Source: Amoebophrya sp. A120 (lineage: Eukaryota; Protista; Dinoflagellata). Taken from it: a stretch of DNA of 64,000 nucleotides. The position numbers were made by a program, and so were the translations under genes. The stretch spans positions 1,041,415 through 1,105,414 of the forward strand of contig CAJINV010000009.1 in NCBI GenBank assembly GCA_905178155.1. Reading direction: 5' to 3'. Under the pieces are notes generated by a model. It was not told the DNA's origin. It ran no database searches and saw only the letters and a list, made by a program, of their open reading frames with translations. Shown here in pieces: positions 22,505-33,500 of the stretch; within the stretch, counting starts at the first letter, position 1, and every line of letters begins with the position of its first letter.

Positions 22505-23343
22505 TAATAAATTCGTTGTTCCTCTGGACCTGGACCTGCTGAGGATTCAGATTCAAATTCTCAAGATAAACAATGCTAAACAAGAGTCTGGTGTGTGAAA
22601 GTTACGTCTGGTATTCTTTACCGTAAGGAGTGAAACTGCCACCTGCAGCTAAAAAATCGATCCTCGAAACAAACGTAGTCTAGTAGATCTGCCATAAAAT
22701 CCCTGAGGGCCTGAGGAGTTGAGATTGATATTGCGACAATCAACATGAAGTCAAGCGGAACGACCATATTTGTTACGTCATCTACATGAACTACATGATC
22801 TCGCGGAACGGACAACGGAGCACAAGCACCAGGACCAGGTGAACCTCCACTCACTAGCTAGAGCGATTTTCTGTGTATCTATTCTATCTTGAACTTGAAG
22901 GAGAACGAGAAGATCTATCACGATATACAACAAGGACCAGCATCTTCACTGGTGTTAGATCTTCTTACCGTGTTCGCCCAGTAGACCAAGATCTTCGGAC
23001 CTGTAAATCTATCATCGCTTTGAAAACGTTGACGGACAAGGAGGACAGAGCAACCTTCCTGTCAGTATCAACTTCAAGTCAGTTGGACGACTTGGAAGGA
23101 TCTCAGGAGCAAGTCACTATATATAAATCATCTTCCTGTTCCTTCTCTTTTTCGATTTCGACTGTCTCAGCAAGCTCAAACTTGGTAAGCGTGTTTTGCA
23201 TCAAAATCAAGAAAGGAACGTCGTTTGAAGGCAGTGTCGATCTGAATCTGTATTTTTCATTGAGTTCTTGACTGACAGGATCATACTTTTTCGACATCTG
23301 TTGCCATTTGCAGGCGTATTTCAATGGACAACCGACCATCCCC

Positions 23344-26300
23344 TCACACCTCCACGTAGGCAGCACCAGCAACACCACTCGGATTTACGTTTGCCGTTGC
23401 GCCACGGTCTGCTGAGTTTTCACTTGCGCCAAATCTATTTCCTCCACTGGGCTGCGTCTCAGGGGCCAAAGCTGGTTTTGCAGTTTGCCGTGCGCCGAGC
23501 ACGTCCTCCGTTGCGGCATCCATGATCGTCTCCAAGCCAAAACGCGGCGAATGCTTCGCTTCATCTTGTGCAGAGCCAAGAAAAGTTGCTTCTAGTTGCT
23601 CTCGACCACCTCCGTCCCGCTGCAAATCGTAACTCCTGCTCCAACGAGTTGCGCCGTGAATACCTGCGCCGTTGTTCGCGTGGTCCTCGTCGTGTAACTC
23701 GAGCAACGTCGGTTCCTCAACCTTGGCGCTTGGTGTCCTTGCATGCTGCTGATGGCGCCACGCATCGCCAACATGACGAGCACCTTGAGAACGAGCAAGA
23801 GCATGGTCTTCCTGCAGAAACGCGGCGCCGGATATGCGCGCAGTAGGCCTCATTTCTGAAGGGCTACCTTCAGTTGTTTTCCGTCCAGGCGTCGTCGGGA
23901 CAGGTGTACTCGATGCTGTTCTGCTCTTAATATTTGTTGTCGCAGTATCGTCGGTCGGCACTGAGACCGTTTTCAGAAACTGCAGCTTGTAGAAGTGCCA
24001 GCCGTCGTCCCAGACAACGCGGATAGAGTAGCCGGCCGCGTGTAGGTAGAAACCAACTCCGACAACCAGGAGTAAGAAAAGAACGATGACCACCAGGACA
24101 CACTGCTTCGTGCAGAAAGGACCTCTTTGAACCTGAACCCGTACCCGAGCGTAATTATCCTCGTCAGGATATGTACTCACCAGATCGCGTCTGGCTCCTG
24201 CGGTCTCGTCGTCTGGAAGCTCTGGGCCTCCCCCGAAAACGTTCTCGGCGAGAAGGGAGTTCAGATTGTTTTTGGAGGCTGCGAGCTTCTGCTTTCGGTA
24301 CAACTCAGCTTCATGGTCGGGCTGCAGATAGCCGGGTGCGGGTACCGCCGTCGCACCCGCGGAGGGGCTGGAGTCCCCGTCAGAGGGTGAGGACAGGTAG
24401 TTGGTCAGCACCTGCAGTGTGTCGTATGCCGCTCCGGGGGTGCCCGGCTTCTGCAGTACGGTGGCCGCCTGGAACTCCATCGGGCTCACCAGCGTAGCTT
24501 GCTCGACGAAGTCAACGCCGGTGTTGTCGACGACTGCCTCGGCACGGAGCTCCGGGTTTTTACCTCCGGAGTTGTCTTGTGGAGACGTTCTTGCAGAAGT
24601 GTAGCCGGCATAGGGTACGGCCTGCTCTCCGCCGTGCCCGTGCGGAATCGGCAATTCCGTCGGAATTTCTTCGGCGTTCAACTTGCGCTGGTTGTGCTTT
24701 CTCGATCTCTGAACCGCGCGCTGCCTCCGCATTTCAGCCGCCGTGGTGGCAGTCTCAGCTCCGCTGCGATCGCTGGCACTGACAAAATCCGTGATTAGCA
24801 AGCCCGCCGGCTCTTCGGTTTCTCTACTGTCGGCCATCCTGGCCTCCGGCATAGTTGCAGGCGCAAATTGTTCATTTTCTACGGGATAAACTGCTTCTTC
24901 ATAAGTGTCAAGTTCGTCCGTGCCGGTCGCTTTGCTCTCAGCCACGACGAGAGCAGCGGCGGGGAGCGCTTGATCTTCACTATCGACATCCGCTAGAAGA
25001 CTGGCTCCAGTTTGTGTCGCTTGCTCGTGCCCAGCAATGGGGTTTTCCAACGTTTTCTTGCGGCCAACATGCCGCTTCTCCTCGGAAGTAGCACCAGACA
25101 CAGCGTGCTGCTTCGCCTTGTGCAGGGCTTTTGCACGTGCTGTAGACGCCTTGTGCTTCACCATTCCCTTCGCGGAGCGGGCTTGCTCAAACTCGTCCGA
25201 CACGCCCAGTACTGCCGTGACCATCAGAGTCGCATCGTCCACTGTGGGTCCTTCACTAGTATGGCCTTTTTTGTGTTTCTTTGCGGCATGATACTCATGG
25301 TCTCCTCCAGCACGGATACCAACTTCGAATTCTGACACGTCCTTGAAGGCAGTCGCCATCAAACTACCAGCGTTCGCAGTAATACCGGCTTCACCTTGTC
25401 GACTTCCTGTGGATGTGGTTCGCGTCACCATCTTGTTACTTCCATTCGCGGCCGCCGGGGCCTTGCTTTGCGTGGCTTGCTGCTGCAACAATTGTTCTTC
25501 GGCTTGAGCAATGTCTGTTGCGGCCATCACCATCAGCATCTGCTCCGTCTTCGCAATGGCATCATTGTCAGCGGCGGTCGCGACAGTGTTCATCTTGCTC
25601 CGATCTTCGACTGCGGCCCTGGCCTGCGTGGCCGCCCCGGAAGACGTTCCTACCGGCTTCATGAAGGTCCTCGCCGGGCTGGAGGCGGAGGAAACGCCAC
25701 CAGCGGGAGTCGCACCCTCTCTACTGCTTCCGCCCATCTTCGAGGGCACTTCTTGGCGCACGCGATCGGAAAAGTTCAGCGCACCCGCTGCGCGCTCTAT
25801 TTTGCTGAGCGTGTCCGCACCGTCACCAGCCGTCGGCGAGGGGCTCGGCTGTGCCTGCATCTTCGCGGACGCTCCAGCAACAGCCGCAACCACGTCCGCC
25901 CCACGGGTCGCCGGACGGAGGCTTGCAGGAACTTTTCCCGTGTTGTTGTCGACGAGCTGGTAGGCGGGTATGGACGCACCATGGAAGTTCGCATACATCT
26001 CGGTGCCGCCCGGCGTTTCCTGTAACTGTTTTTGCTGCAGTCGCACTTTTTCCCGCGACTCCTGCGTCAACGGAGCCTGGTACATGGTCCCCGCGGAACT
26101 TCCCGGGGTGGGTCCGGCCAATTTCTGCGATAGGGCAAAACCCCCGGGTTCTTCCTGGGCCGTCGCCTCCGAGTAGAGAAACTCATGCGGCTCCCGTCCA
26201 TTCGCCTGTTTGACCAGAGCGATGTCCTCCTTTAGGCTTGGCCCCTTGCCGTACGTCTTCTGGGCGGACAAAGGACCGCGGACCTGGTCGTCGAGGTATG

Positions 26301-26682
26301 CGGGCGGGATTGGCTGCGCTTCCGGAATCGGGACGACTTGCGCAGCGCTGCCAGAGTCGTCACCCATCAAAACGATTTTTGGTTTCTTCGGCGGGTTATT
26401 CTGTTCACTCGTAGTACCTCCATCTTGATTTTTGCTTTTGTTTCTCGTACGATGCAGCAGGTCCTCTTGCTGCCCCGCTTCTTCCCGATCCTGCATCGTG
26501 CTCCTCTCTTGCTCTTGGCTTGCAACGGGCACCGCATCGTCGCCCGTACTGTCATGCGCAGGGACTTTTTCTTTTTCGCCCTGTATTCCGGCTGGGGTCG
26601 TCGCTCCCTCGGTCTTCGCCGGCACTTTCTTCCGCTTGCGACCCTGTAGCACACCGAGTAGCTCTTGGTCCTCTGTAGACAT
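23344..26682 (-). CDS. Low-complexity ~1,110-aa protein with one TM helix near the C-terminus, function unknown (possible tiny last exon near 23260)
   Basis: Long open frame with hydrophobic stretch CVLVVIVLFLLLVVGVGFYLHAAG. It ends at GAG|GTGTGA, a possible splice donor. Confidence 0.75.
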   Translation of the reverse strand: MSTEDQELLGVLQGRKRKKVPAKTEGATTPAGIQGEKEKVPAHDSTGDDAVPVASQEQERSTMQDREEAGQQEDLLHRTRNKSKNQDGGTTSEQNNPPKKPKIVLMGDDSGSAAQVVPIPEAQPIPPAYLDDQVRGPLSAQKTYGKGPSLKEDIALVKQANGREPHEFLYSEATAQEEPGGFALSQKLAGPTPGSSAGTMYQAPLTQESREKVRLQQKQLQETPGGTEMYANFHGASIPAYQLVDNNTGKVPASLRPATRGADVVAAVAGASAKMQAQPSPSPTAGDGADTLSKIERAAGALNFSDRVRQEVPSKMGGSSREGATPAGGVSSASSPARTFMKPVGTSSGAATQARAAVEDRSKMNTVATAADNDAIAKTEQMLMVMAATDIAQAEEQLLQQQATQSKAPAAANGSNKMVTRTTSTGSRQGEAGITANAGSLMATAFKDVSEFEVGIRAGGDHEYHAAKKHKKGHTSEGPTVDDATLMVTAVLGVSDEFEQARSAKGMVKHKASTARAKALHKAKQHAVSGATSEEKRHVGRKKTLENPIAGHEQATQTGASLLADVDSEDQALPAAALVVAESKATGTDELDTYEEAVYPVENEQFAPATMPEARMADSRETEEPAGLLITDFVSASDRSGAETATTAAEMRRQRAVQRSRKHNQRKLNAEEIPTELPIPHGHGGEQAVPYAGYTSARTSPQDNSGGKNPELRAEAVVDNTGVDFVEQATLVSPMEFQAATVLQKPGTPGAAYDTLQVLTNYLSSPSDGDSSPSAGATAVPAPGYLQPDHEAELYRKQKLAASKNNLNSLLAENVFGGGPELPDDETAGARRDLVSTYPDEDNYARVRVQVQRGPFCTKQCVLVVIVLFLLLVVGVGFYLHAAGYSIRVVWDDGWHFYKLQFLKTVSVPTDDTATTNIKSRTASSTPVPTTPGRKTTEGSPSEMRPTARISGAAFLQEDHALARSQGARHVGDAWRHQQHARTPSAKVEEPTLLELHDEDHANNGAGIHGATRWSRSYDLQRDGGGREQLEATFLGSAQDEAKHSPRFGLETIMDAATEDVLGARQTAKPALAPETQPSGGNRFGASENSADRGATANVNPSGVAGAAYVEV

Positions 26683-27498
26683 GGTTACAAACCACTGGAC
26701 GTTAAAGAGAGACAGATAGTGAAGAAAAGATAGACCAACGATGTGCGATTTTCGCTTCTTCTTTGCAGCTTGCTTACTGATTTACTTACCTCTCCTGAAA
26801 ATATCCTTTTTTCTTTGTTTGCTAGATAATTCTCCATGTATCTACGACGTGTGCGTAAGCACGTGGACGCGAGGACCATCTATTTGTTCTGTGTTTCCGC
26901 GACAACCACGAAGGCTCAGCAAGACGACGCGATCGAGAAGATAGAGACATCTGTCAGACCTGCCATCGCGTAACGATTTACGATTTTGAAACGACACGGC
27001 TGTCTTGTTTCTTCGCCCACGACGAACAACTACGATTAAGACTATACATAGGCCACGAAAAAATACGAATATGGGAATAATTTAAACTCTCCTCTCGCAA
27101 CGAATACGACGGACAACTACGATGCCGTTTTCTTAGAAGGGCATGAGAAGCTGTACGAATGGTCAGCACAATGCAAGAAGTAACGAGACCCGGGCTCGAT
27201 AGGAGCAGCAGGATCTGATAGCAGAACGGGACATGATCTATCCTTGAACACGAGCAAGCGGCCGCATCCGCAAGGCGCTGGTAAGTCGATGGATTCGATT
27301 CGCTGCGCGAGCTCTCTGAGCTTTGCTGTTGTTGTCGCCTGCCGCACAAGGGAACTTACACGGCAGCGAATTACTTGTCGCTGTTTGTCATTATTCATCT
27401 GTTCTGTCGCGGGTTTTGCTTTTGAATTTGACATGGCGAAACCTAGAAGGGAACTCAGTGCCTCAGCCTTGAGCGGCCTGAGTGTCACTTGTAGCTCC

Positions 27499-29877
27499 CT
27501 AAGCGTCTTTTGTCGCGAGCAGTCGGCGGATGGCCTCTTGATTCGCCAAATTTCCGTCGGACACGTTCCTGACCGCAAAGATGGCGTTCTCCTTCAGCGT
27601 CGGCAGCACCGTGTCGGAGTAACAGAAAGACAGGAGCTTCATCAACTTGTCCTCTGGGGCAGTTCTGCCACGGGACATGTAGGTCGGTTTGGCGGGCACC
27701 AAAGGGGTAGAGCCCTGCTCCACCGGCATTTCCGGCCGGGGACCGAGAATTTCCTTCGCTACGGATTCTGGCACAACCTCAGTGAGCAGCAATTTTTGGT
27801 GCTCGTCATCACAGACCTGTTGATCCTGCTCTATTTCGCTCTTGGTTGCTGCCACCGTGTCAGGACGGCTTTGCACCTGCGTTACTCCCTCAGCGGTGCA
27901 GCTTCCCACTTGCTCGCGTAAGAGAAGCCCCGCGAGCCGCAGCACCACTGGGAGGTGAATTTGCTTCGCGTACCTCAGAAAGTCCTTGTAACCGCGGAAT
28001 TGCTCTTTCTTCCGCACCACGTCGCGCAGAGTCTTCTGCGTCTCCTCTTCGGACATGACGTACGGATTTTGCTGTTGGCCCTTCTCCCGTACTTCTGTTT
28101 CAGTTTCTTGTTCTTCGTCCTCCGGATTTTGAATAGTATGAGCACCTTGACCAGTACTTGAAGCCCTAGCGCCCTTGTTAACCGCTTCCAGCACTTCTGC
28201 GTCTCGCACCTGCAGCAGGCGGCCCAGGAGGTCGAAAATCGCTGCCTCCAGGCTGTTGAGCACCCTTCGCAGCTCCGCGCGGGTGCTAGGCGACACTTCC
28301 GGCCAGGCCCGCTCAAGATTCGCGATCACGCCGCAAAGGAATTCCAGCGCTTCGACTTCCAAGAAAGGTCGTGCTGGGGCTGTTTCCTCCGATGCGCCTA
28401 CTTGGAGGTCACCATTTGACTCCGCCGGAGTCTTGCTGCTCTGGTCCTCGGCCAGGCCAAGTTGCGGAAGCGCTACCATCGTTAGCCTGTCTACGACTGT
28501 TGCCTCCGCAACGTGTCGCAAGAATTGCAGTGCGTACAGCTTACTGCTCTCAACATCCTGAGAGGCTCGCTTTTCTTTGGACGATGACGCAACGGCACTG
28601 GAGCCGCCCCTTTCTTCTAGAAGACGTTCTTCCCCCTTCCCCAAGCACGCGATATCATCCGCGATTCTGGCGGGAAAGCCGTCTAGCGTCATCACTTGCC
28701 ACAGCCAAGTTGTCACGTGGGTCCATGTTGCACGGTCGTGCGCAATGTCGTGATCTGCTGGTAGGCCGAGAAAATGCCGCACCGCATCAGTCAGGGCTGG
28801 TGCGTATTCTCTGTCAGACAGGTCCTCGTGGCGTGTATAGATTGATGACTGCTGCAAAAGCATTGTAAGCACCTCAAGGTTTTCAAAGAAGAACTCCACG
28901 ACATCGTCGCAATCTGCGCCAATCCCGACATCTAAAATACGCTTTTGCTCGTACAAAACGGCGAAAGCCAAGACAGCAGCGGCGTGCTTCGGTTGAAGAA
29001 AACAAGCGTTTATGTCGTGATCGGACATTGTGCCTCTGCCTTCTTGCACGAAGTCTTGAAGAGGCAAGAGCTGCAGCACCCGGAAGAAGACATTCACAAA
29101 GTGGATCCCGCACCCGCGCACGAGGAAGCGCCGGTGGTCGTGTTCCAGGCTGCTGCTGATGTAGCAGTATGGCGGGGTCGGCCACGGCCGTTCTTGCTCT
29201 GCACGAGTCCTCGCAGCCACTGGGGACGAAGTAGTCGACGAAAACAAATGGTGGGCTAATTCCATCTGCATCCACCAAAACAGAAGGGCTTTCCGGGCTG
29301 GCAGATTCAAGCCTGATTGCAGTTCCGTTGAGTGTTCATTAGCGCGATCTTGCGAAAATGTTCCTGTATCAGTATCAAACGTTTCGCACCGTTCCAAGAA
29401 CAGCCGGAAACCGTTCCCGACAACAGAATCAAGCCTGTGAAAAAGTCTCTCTCCAATAGATCGCGCACCACCTGGTGAAGCTTCATGATCTGCTTCTGTT
29501 TTTGCTTGATCCCGATCCCGAGAGGCCGCGATCCGTGTTTGATAAGAAAACCCTTCGACGTCTCTCCTTATCTCCTCAGCGTTTTCCTGCACTTCCCTAG
29601 CCACGTTGGCTGCCAAGTTCCGTCCTAGGGTCGCCGCCTGCTGGTACTCCTCGGCTGAGCGCACTAGCTCACAGCTTGCGTTCTTTCTGTTGAAAACTTT
29701 TGCCAGCAAATCTTCTCTCGCCCAGACTAGTTCAATCTCTGCGGGATCTTTGGACCAGGCCAGTAGCGTGGCGACGGTCGGGTCGGCGGCTACCGACCGT
29801 TCCAGCTCGAGTGCAGCGGAATTGGGGCGCTGAGCGCCCTGCTCACAAGTGCCGGGAAGAGATGAATGTATCGCCAT
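27499..29877 (-). CDS. ATXN10: Ataxin-10 family (ARM-like) protein, 792 aa
   Basis: C-terminal LLSFCYSDTVLPTLKENAIFAVRNVSDGNLANQEAI matches the Ataxin-10/Ctr86 C-terminal signature (..D..NP.I.EWAI..IRNL.E.N..NQ). Upstream GVIANL also fits. Confidence 0.7.
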   Translation of the reverse strand: MAIHSSLPGTCEQGAQRPNSAALELERSVAADPTVATLLAWSKDPAEIELVWAREDLLAKVFNRKNASCELVRSAEEYQQAATLGRNLAANVAREVQENAEEIRRDVEGFSYQTRIAASRDRDQAKTEADHEASPGGARSIGERLFHRLDSVVGNGFRLFLERCETFDTDTGTFSQDRANEHSTELQSGLNLPARKALLFWWMQMELAHHLFSSTTSSPVAARTRAEQERPWPTPPYCYISSSLEHDHRRFLVRGCGIHFVNVFFRVLQLLPLQDFVQEGRGTMSDHDINACFLQPKHAAAVLAFAVLYEQKRILDVGIGADCDDVVEFFFENLEVLTMLLQQSSIYTRHEDLSDREYAPALTDAVRHFLGLPADHDIAHDRATWTHVTTWLWQVMTLDGFPARIADDIACLGKGEERLLEERGGSSAVASSSKEKRASQDVESSKLYALQFLRHVAEATVVDRLTMVALPQLGLAEDQSSKTPAESNGDLQVGASEETAPARPFLEVEALEFLCGVIANLERAWPEVSPSTRAELRRVLNSLEAAIFDLLGRLLQVRDAEVLEAVNKGARASSTGQGAHTIQNPEDEEQETETEVREKGQQQNPYVMSEEETQKTLRDVVRKKEQFRGYKDFLRYAKQIHLPVVLRLAGLLLREQVGSCTAEGVTQVQSRPDTVAATKSEIEQDQQVCDDEHQKLLLTEVVPESVAKEILGPRPEMPVEQGSTPLVPAKPTYMSRGRTAPEDKLMKLLSFCYSDTVLPTLKENAIFAVRNVSDGNLANQEAIRRLLATKDA

Positions 29878-30588
29878 GTTATTCCTTGCCAGTTTTGCTT
29901 AGTGATATTGTAGAAAGGAAGGAAAGCTCCAGCTCGTATTGGCAGAAGCAGAACGAAGGAATTGATAGATAAATAAAGCGAAATCACGCACACGTATGGG
30001 TGAGGTGAAGGGCGGAACCGGAAGGGGGGTCTCCTACAACTAGAATTACTTGGGCATAATCAATCGGGGGGTATCTGCGGAGTTAAGAACGAAAAGAGGC
30101 CCACTATCTAAACACGTTTGAAAACAAGCTTCTTGACCCAACATCGACCGGAGGATCTTACACGCAGATCCGCTAGCCATTTCTCTTCCCGTATCTGAAT
30201 TTCCATGGACCACATCGATCATGACAGCGAGCGATACAAGCTGCAAGATCATCACCTTAAGGCGTGCGATTGCGAATGCGATCCTTTCACTTTAGTATTT
30301 TCTTCGACCTTCGGATGATCCTTCCTTGGTGCATTTCATCTTGATCACTGCTGCATCAGAAGAAGTCGGTTTGGCAATCCTCAACGCGGTCAGCGGATTG
30401 GCTACGGTGGCGAGCCTCTACGAATGCGGACGTGAATGCGACTGCCGAAACGCAGCCAGACTAGCTCGTAAGATGCAGATCCTCATGATCATCATACAGA
30501 TATATTTTCGCTTGGCAGCATGAAGAGTGCGTTCGGCACTGCATGCGAAGTTATTGGGAAGATCATAGCGTTGTGGCTGACCACACCT

Positions 30589-33500
30589 TCATCCCAACCT
30601 TTTCGCGGGAAGAAACGTCGCACCTCGCAGGGAGGGATTGCTCACCGGAAGAGCTGGGTCTTGCGCCTTCTTTGCAGAAGCTGTGGCGCTAGTCGCGCCG
30701 GTGTTGCTTCCTGCCGCGTGAATTCCCGCAGCAATATCAACAACCCCCGCTTTTTGCGCAGCGGCTGCGATTTCTTTCAGGTCGACAAGATCCTTGCTGC
30801 GAGGAAAGTACGTTCGCTGCAGCTTGTCGTAATCCGCTCTCCGTGCTCTCCTACTGGTTGGGAATTGCGAGCTGTTGTTTGTTCCAGCATATGCAGATCC
30901 TGTCGCTGCATTTTTACTCTTCAGACCCCGTGCCTGCTTGTTCAGTTGATACTGTGCAAACTGGATAGACCGAGCGCTTCGTGGCGTCCTGTTCAGCTTC
31001 AGTCCTGTCATTTGCTGCCTGGACGAACCTAGGTGGTCACTGGTGGTGTGTTCCAAAGCAGAAGACCCACCACCAGCTTCGTTCGTGCCGGCCCCGCTCG
31101 CAAGTAATCGGTCAATCAGGTTTTCTTCTTGTTCGTAGGTCGACAGCTGTTGCCTCAGCTGCTTGTTCTCCTGCTGCAGCTTCTTTTCGTTGGTTGCGAT
31201 GCGCTTCAGATCGATCAGTGTGTCGGCGTAGTCCTTCTCCAGCCGCTGATATTTCTGCAGGAGCTTATGGAAAAATTCCTTCGCGCTCGAGCCGCGGCTG
31301 CCTGAGCCTGCGGGCTGCTGGTCCGCGGTGTTAGCTGCTGCTCCTGTAGTCGGCGATCCTTTCGGGTTTTTCTGCTGGTCTGTGCTTAATGTTCCCGCGT
31401 TACCGTTGTTCCGGGCCGCGGTTCTTCCGGTCGAAAGCCAATTCTGATGTTTGTCAGCAAACTGATTTCTGCTGTTCGACAGGACAAGTGTTTCTATCTC
31501 CCTCTTCTGCACGGCAACCAGCCGCTCCAGCTCTCGGATCCTTCGTGGCATGGGAAGGCGCTTGCGGCTTTCCAGCAACTCGATTTTCTGTTCCAGCTTT
31601 TTCGACTGCTGCTCCTGCTGGTGCACCAGCTCCGCGTACCGCTGCCACAGGGGCAGCTTCAGGCTGAGCAGAACTGCACGCGGCGACCGTTCTGCTCGCT
31701 CATCCGGAGAGGACGAAAAATCGTTCACATCTTGCAGTCGCAGGATCCGCTTGAACCGCGGCGTTCCATCCTTCCTTCGAACGTGTTGATCTGAAGAAGT
31801 TCCATCTGCAGGACTGAGACCTTTTCTGGGAGTGGTCGACGTGTGAGAATCTTCGTTCGGACCCGTGCGGCCAGAAATTGTAGGCGACCTCGACGATGTG
31901 GCCTTCTTCAAGAACCCATCCCGGTCGAAGAGGGCAAGCTTGAGTTCCAGGAACTGCCGCTGGCGGTGAATCTCGGTAGCAAGCGTGCTGCCAAGGTGCT
32001 GCTTCTGATTGTCTGATTGCAATTGCTGTGCGGATGCGGTATTCACATCCACGAGTTGTGAGGAATCGCTCATATCTAACATTCCGGCTCCACGATAACT
32101 ACCTGCTGTTCGGGAAAGCACCTCAGACGCCAGCACGTTGAGGTCCTCGAGATCCTGCGCTGTTGCGATCTTCTGTGCCTGCAGCGAAGCGATATTCGGA
32201 TTCTGGAGGTACAGAATTGGCTGGATGTAGGGCACGCGGTTTCTCGTGCGGATCTCCTCCAAAAGCCGGTCTGCGGCTTCCGATTCCTGCAGTGCTTGCA
32301 GATTGACGCCTCCTTGCGCAGCTGTGTCCTCGGGCGAAGCGGATTGCGTGTCCGTTCCTGTAAATTGCGGTGATCTGTTCTGCCTCTTCGGACTGCTCTT
32401 AGCCTTTTTTCGCACTGGCCCTCGGTCAAAAACACACCAATGAGAAACGATGCTTTTCGAATAGACGAAGTCGCTTTTTGACGCGGCTTCTTCCACCGCA
32501 CTGGAAATGACAGTGGTCTTACTGGTTTCCGGAAGGGAAGAGGCGCCGCCATCGTACGTCGGTGGAGCACGCGGATGCGAAGACTGCGATGGATGATGAT
32601 GAACGTGCGTGGCTATTTCACCTTCGCTTCTGTAGGGGAAGGAACCTTTTTCCCCATAAAACAGCTGCGGTGACCGCGAATGCGACGCCTCAGCTCCGCG
32701 GAGGTTTCGATCGTGTCGCAGCTGCTCCAAAACCGCTCCGGGGGACAGCGCCGGGGACATGGAATTGTTCTTGACACGGAACACTTCGGGACGGTGGGAG
32801 CCTTTGCCAGTCGGAGGCTGTGGCCGCCTAGAAATAATTCCTCGATGATTTCGAAATTCATATGAATCGTCATCCTCAAAATACTGATCTTCGTACTGCT
32901 CCGGCGCCGGGTTTGAGAGAGTAGACAGGAAACTACTGTCTGGGAGAGGCTGCATACTCCGCCGCCGCACGGGGCCGCCGGCAGGACGTTGTTGTACGAC
33001 GGGGCGCGAGGAAAAGTTGTCCCTTGCATGAACACTCTGGCTTTCTGGTGAATCGTAGAATTCCCGGCGTCTCCTGTCGTCCGCGGCTCTGTCCGTGTGC
33101 CTGCTCGGGGATGACAGGTAACTCGCGTCGCCGGGCGACGGCGAACGCGTTGGCATCTGCATGCGGGTATTGCCTCTCCTGTTGTAGTCTCGGTTGTAAC
33201 GCACAAGGGAGCTCGCAGGGGTTATGAGGGCAGAACCCGCGCCGGGGGAGGAGGACGGAGAGAAACCTTCGCCTGGTGAACCGGCCTGCAAATGCAAGTT
33301 TCTCGGGCTGCGACCATCAGGACGGCGGTCGTTGTGCCGGCGCGCCGATTGTGATGCTAAGAACATGCTCATCCCGTGTTCACTTTCTCCGACGGCTTGT
33401 TCTTGGCGGTGAAACAAGCTTGGCCTCCTCTCCTGCAGCATCGTATATGGCACGGGGAGAAACTGCGATTTTTTTCCCACGAGCAGCACGCTTGGACCCC

